Translations under genes and position numbers: made by a program | Source: Candidatus Magasanikbacteria bacterium RIFCSPHIGHO2_01_FULL_41_23 | GTDB lineage: Bacteria > Patescibacteriota > Patescibacteriia > Magasanikbacterales > UBA922 | NCBI GenBank assembly: GCA_001782805.1 | Contig: MFPT01000002.1 | Coordinates: 133,401 to 197,400, forward strand | Direction of reading: 5' to 3' | Length of the DNA: 64,000 nucleotides | In this document: piece by piece, positions 60,573-64,000 of the stretch | How the letters are laid out: each line of letters opens with the position of its first letter | Numbering within the stretch: the stretch's first letter is position 1 | Notes under the pieces: generated by a model | The model's database searches: none | Told to the model about the DNA's origin: nothing | The model's input: only the letters and a program-made list of their open reading frames with translations

Positions 60573-60933
60573 ACAGGGTCAAAAAACAAAAACCCCACCG
60601 TGTCCCCTTTCGAGAAGCAGAGTGGGTGGTTTTAGTAAAGTCAGTATATCAAACATATCAGCGTTGTCAAATGGTGTATATTTGCGGTCGATAACATAAA
60701 ATATGGTATTTGTTTTTTCATCTGTCATTACACGGTGGCAGGCGCGGTCGGAATCGGACCGACGACGGAGGTTTTGGAGACCCCAGTGATACCATTTCAC
60801 CACGCGCCCATATTTTTTACCCTCCTCCAAAATATTTTGTGTAAACCAACGAAACTATAATACCCAAAAAATAAAAAAAAAACAAGCCTCAGTATCTTCC
60901 AAGGCCTGATAGAAAATCGCGAATAATTTATGG

Positions 60934-61773
60934 TTAATTTGGCGACTGAATGGTGGTAGATGGCGTTTCGGTTTTTTTATCATTGTCAAAACCGGAAACA
61001 ACCAAGTACATCAGAAGTAAAAACACCAATGTACTGATAAAACCAAAAGGCAATCCAAACCAAACCGCGGTCGTGGCAATTATGGTCGGCAAAGTTGTGG
61101 CATAAAAACCAGTCGCTAAAATTTCTTTATATGTCCACGCAAATTTCCGCACTCGCGCCACGATGTATACCACGCCCGTCAGGAATAAAAGCCCGATAAA
61201 TTTCCCGATAAGCAAAACAAAAACTCCAATCGCCAACAGTACGACACCAATCCAATGTCCATACGATCGAACTTTGGCGATTCCGTCTACAACATTGGCC
61301 TTGGTAAAGACCGTGTCATCAGGCAAACCCGCAAATGTTTCGGTTTGAGTGGTTTTATCTTCAGAATTATAAAAAGAAAAATAATCGCGCGTGATCAAAA
61401 TAATCGCGTCATGATCCGCATCTTTTTTTAGTGATTCAATTGATGGTGTTGAAGTACTTTCCGTATCAATCACTATCCGCACACTATCATCGCCAAATAA
61501 TTTATCCGCCACAAATGGCTGGGGGAAACCCGTAATTGCCAGTTTTTCATTCTTCCACGTAGCAGTGAAGTCGGGAGTATTTTTGACGATTTCAGTTTCA
61601 GCTGTTTCCAAAACTTTTGGAAGCGCAAAAAAAGCAAGTTGAATCAAACGTAAAGCAAAAATCAAAACCAAAAAAATAACCGCATAAGCGAATGCTCGAC
61701 CCAAACGGCCACGCTGTTCGCGAAGCCAAGCAACGTTAAACAAACTATTATAAAACGCGGTTAGAATCCACAT
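60934..61773 (-). CDS. hypothetical polytopic membrane protein
   Basis: Five or six TM helices with a central soluble loop. Confidence 0.45.
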   Translation of the reverse strand: MWILTAFYNSLFNVAWLREQRGRLGRAFAYAVIFLVLIFALRLIQLAFFALPKVLETAETEIVKNTPDFTATWKNEKLAITGFPQPFVADKLFGDDSVRIVIDTESTSTPSIESLKKDADHDAIILITRDYFSFYNSEDKTTQTETFAGLPDDTVFTKANVVDGIAKVRSYGHWIGVVLLAIGVFVLLIGKFIGLLFLTGVVYIVARVRKFAWTYKEILATGFYATTLPTIIATTAVWFGLPFGFISTLVFLLLMYLVVSGFDNDKKTETPSTTIQSPN

Positions 61774-61776
61774 AGC

Positions 61777-61932
61777 TTATTTGGTTTCTTTATGCAAAGC
61801 ATGCTTTCGGCAATTTTTGCAAAACTTCTGTAGTTCCAAGCGATTCTTGAGCGTCTTTTTATTTTTACTCGAAAAATAATTAATGGTTTTGCATTCCGTG
61901 CACTCAAATTTGATCATGTTGTCTTGAGACAT
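61777..61932 (-). CDS. rpmG: 50S ribosomal protein L33
   Basis: [51 protein letters not shown] matches the L33 ECTECK...NY...KNK...LEL.K.C..C.KH.LHKE.K pattern; the longer six-frame ORF (81 aa) is an upstream over-extension. Confidence 0.8.
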   Translation of the reverse strand: MSQDNMIKFECTECKTINYFSSKNKKTLKNRLELQKFCKNCRKHALHKETK

Positions 61933-62028
61933 ATTTCTAAAATAAAAACTAAAATTGAAATTGCAATCTCTACCACTAACTGCAATAGTGAATATGATAC
62001 CAAGTAGTCTGGAAAAAATCAAGAGGGA

Positions 62029-62547
62029 ATGCTACGATACATGTCTATGCGTACCACTAATCGAAAATCGGATAAATTTACCGGGCAAAAACAAGACCCG
62101 TTGATAACTGCCGAAAAAATCAAAGAACTCACGGAAAAATTGGCCGGAATGAAAACTAAAAGACCAATTCTTGCGGCTGAAGTGGGAAGATTGGCGGAAT
62201 TGGGCGATTTTTCGGAAAATGTGGAATACCAATTGGCCAAAGGAAAATTGCGCGGATTAAATAACGCGATTCTGGTTTTGGAAAATCAATTGACGCGAGC
62301 CGAAGTAATCATGACACCAAGCCAGACTGATCGTGTGGAAATTGGTCACAGCGTGACCGTTGAATGTAATAATAAACGCCAACAATATCACATTCTGGGA
62401 TCAACCGAAACCGATCCGAACCATGACGTCATTTCTTATAATTCCCCGATTGGCGCGGCATTGATTGGACACCGAGTGGGTGAAAAATTACTCGTTGTGA
62501 TCGCGAATAAAAAAGAAATGGAATATACGATTATTGAGATAAAATAA
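62029..62547 (+). CDS. greA: transcription elongation factor GreA
   Basis: N-terminal coiled coil; C-terminal [26 protein letters not shown]-like domain; the true start may be an internal Met. Confidence 0.85.
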   Translation: MLRYMSMRTTNRKSDKFTGQKQDPLITAEKIKELTEKLAGMKTKRPILAAEVGRLAELGDFSENVEYQLAKGKLRGLNNAILVLENQLTRAEVIMTPSQTDRVEIGHSVTVECNNKRQQYHILGSTETDPNHDVISYNSPIGAALIGHRVGEKLLVVIANKKEMEYTIIEIK

Positions 62548-62657
62548 AAACAAAAAAAACACCATGCATATGATGTTTTTTTGTGGGAGCCGATCAGGAA
62601 AGATCGGCGGCTGGTGGGTAGAAAGAGCGACCGATAGCAGACAGCACCGAGTTGGTG

Positions 62658-63017
62658 CTACTCATCAAAGAGGTCATTGAACAAACCTTCTTTGAAAATT
62701 TCCTGTGTTTCGGGCAAGGCGAGGATTTGTTCCATCCCCATGATGTAGCCGCATTCTTTGGCGGCTTCGATGACATCAGGAGAACTCCGGTTGATCCGGT
62801 ACCTCGTTTTGTGTTCATGACTCGGCACGAGGGTGAGTCCACCTCTTTTGAAGGCTTGGTCAACGAACCAAAAAGCGTTGAGCTCAGGGAGTTCATGGAA
62901 TCCCGGAACGGCCTTGATCATGCCGAAGGTAATCCAATTGGCTTTCCAGTGAGCCTTCACCACCAAAGTAAGAGCCGCGAGATATTTCTCCGTGAATGTT
63001 TGTGGTCTATCTGACAT
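62658..63017 (-). CDS. hypothetical protein (119 aa) in a GC-rich island
   Basis: About 54% GC; start MSDRPQTF chosen 6 nt after AAGGAGTGGAAGG; the six-frame ORF continues upstream to 63113. Confidence 0.4.
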   Translation of the reverse strand: MSDRPQTFTEKYLAALTLVVKAHWKANWITFGMIKAVPGFHELPELNAFWFVDQAFKRGGLTLVPSHEHKTRYRINRSSPDVIEAAKECGYIMGMEQILALPETQEIFKEGLFNDLFDE

Positions 63018-63233
63018 CCTTCCACTCCTTAAAAGCCTGCCTTTTGGATTGTGAACTAAGGAGAAAAATAATGTACCACGTACCCCCCCCCGCGTCAAGA
63101 AAATATGCCTCAAAAAAATACAAAAAAACTGCTTTATTAAATGCAGTCTTTTTTTGTGAGCTATATATTTTTTATGTTGACATCTGTTTTTAATTTATAT
63201 ATAATCACCCCGCTTTATTAATTAAAAATTTAC

Positions 63234-63307
63234 GCGCGCCTAGCTCAGTTGGTTAGAGCATCTCGTTTACACCGAGAGGGTCGAGGGTTCGAATCCCCCG
63301 GCGCGCA
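63234..63307 (+). tRNA. tRNA-Val (anticodon TAC)
   Basis: Acceptor GCGCGCC/GGCGCGC, D arm GCTCagttggttaGAGC, anticodon stem TCTCG/CGAGA with loop TTTACAC, T loop TTCGAAT; no encoded CCA. Confidence 0.8.
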
Positions 63308-63312
63308 CCCAG

Positions 63313-63385
63313 GCCGCCTTAGCTCAGCTGGTAGAGCAACAGTTTTGTAAACTGTGGGTCGTCGGTTCAAATCCGACAGGCGGCT
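63313..63385 (+). tRNA. tRNA-Thr (anticodon TGT)
   Basis: Acceptor GCCGCCT/AGGCGGC, anticodon stem ACAGT/ACTGT with loop TTTGTAA, T arm GTCGGttcaaatCCGAC; 73 nt. Confidence 0.85.
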
Positions 63386-63437
63386 CCCCTCGGCAAGCTC
63401 GCTTGTGATGAGCCTGTCGAATCGGGGTAAACAATAC

Positions 63438-63510
63438 GCCGTTGTAGCTCAGTTGGTAGAGCGCGTCCATGGTAAGGACGAGGTCACCAGTTCGATCCTG
63501 GTCAATGGCT
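63438..63510 (+). tRNA. tRNA-Thr (anticodon GGT)
   Basis: Acceptor GCCGTTG/CAATGGC, anticodon stem CGTCC/GGACG with loop ATGGTAA, T arm ACCAGttcgatcCTGGT; 73 nt. Confidence 0.85.
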
Positions 63511-63518
63511 CACATAAA

Positions 63519-63561
63519 ACAAAAAACAAATCCCCTGAACTGATTTCAAGGGATTTTTTTG
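63519..63561 (+). terminator. rho-independent terminator after the tRNA cluster (bidirectional)
   Basis: aaatcccctgaa/ttcaagggattt 12-bp stem followed by TTTTTTTG. Confidence 0.7.
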
Positions 63562-63583
63562 TACTTTATTTAAACTGAAGCTA

Positions 63584-63808
63584 TTAGGCTGTTTTGCACG
63601 ATGGACATTTTTTGCACGAATCGCAAAAAAGCATGGCCACGGCCGAAAGACCGACGAGAGCGTAAACCGCGCGTTCCACCATTGGCCAACTGCCAAGAAG
63701 AGTGGTTACCAAGTTCCATTGGAAAAATCCAACGAGACCCCAATTGAGAGCGCCGACGAGTACCAATAGACAAGCGAGCTTATGGACACTGCACATTCCT
63801 TTCATCAT
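63584..63808 (-). CDS. DUF378-family small membrane protein
   Basis: GALNWGLVGFF...YALVGLSAVAML pattern (two TM helices, NWG motif). Confidence 0.5.
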   Translation of the reverse strand: MMKGMCSVHKLACLLVLVGALNWGLVGFFQWNLVTTLLGSWPMVERAVYALVGLSAVAMLFCDSCKKCPSCKTA

Positions 63809-63912
63809 ATATTAAAAAAATTAATGTAACTTAAGTAAATTTAGTATACCACACCAAAAAGACCAGACAAATCTGTATATGATATACTGTGGATAAGATT
63901 TTTTAACTCAAT

Positions 63913-64000
63913 ATGAAATTACTTAATTTACCGGCTCCGGAATTTACTCTCAAAGACCAAAATGGATACGAACATGGCCTAAAACAATACCAAGGAGAAT
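63913..64000 (+). CDS. peroxiredoxin (Bcp/AhpC-TSA family), N-terminal fragment running off the window
   Basis: MKLLNLPAPEFTLKDQNGYEH matches the Bcp N-terminus (APDFTLPDQNG). Confidence 0.55.
   Translation, partial: MKLLNLPAPEFTLKDQNGYEHGLKQYQGE

Noticed and set aside
60579-60830. 83-aa ORF called as a protein
   Set aside because: It has no ATG and no RBS at its TTG start. It is kept as an observation (possible leader/uORF region) rather than a CDS.
1-64000. CRISPR arrays, rRNA genes, transposases/integrases
   Set aside because: No regularly spaced short direct repeats, no rRNA-like GC-rich conserved blocks, and no DDE/tyrosine/serine recombinase motifs were found on either strand.

Overview
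Hand-read annotation of a 64-kb window from an AT-rich (about 40% GC) bacterium with densely packed, mostly leftward-oriented genes; overall it is consistent with a small-genome Gram-positive-like or CPR/Patescibacteria-like lineage, which is inference. Housekeeping content includes uvrA, uvrB, a beta-CASP RNase, corA, murJ, lepA, recJ-rnhA, a CIRCE-controlled hrcA-grpE-dnaK...dnaJ chaperone operon, yidC, cca, uppP, metK, a DEAD-box helicase, mutM, rpmG, greA and a tRNA Val-Thr-Thr cluster. Accessory content includes a type II R-M pair (HTH-fused m5C methyltransferase plus a small PD-(D/E)xK nuclease), two paralogous DUF4143 AAA+ ATPases, and an 11-kb cell-surface gene cluster (47.7-59 kb) built around a signal peptidase I. 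The most unusual signals are: (1) five gene-sized GC-rich islands (about 53-58% GC), each a single gene with a strong Shine-Dalgarno, including a class III nucleotide cyclase with a novel N-terminal domain and a stand-alone receiver domain; (2) a 2.7-kb cassette bounded by 76-bp perfect direct repeats; (3) a three-copy intergenic hairpin/terminator repeat family with a variable insert; (4) a 35-bp perfect inverted repeat bracketing a 91-bp segment; (5) a structured GC-rich leader upstream of metK. No CRISPR array, rRNA or transposase was seen.
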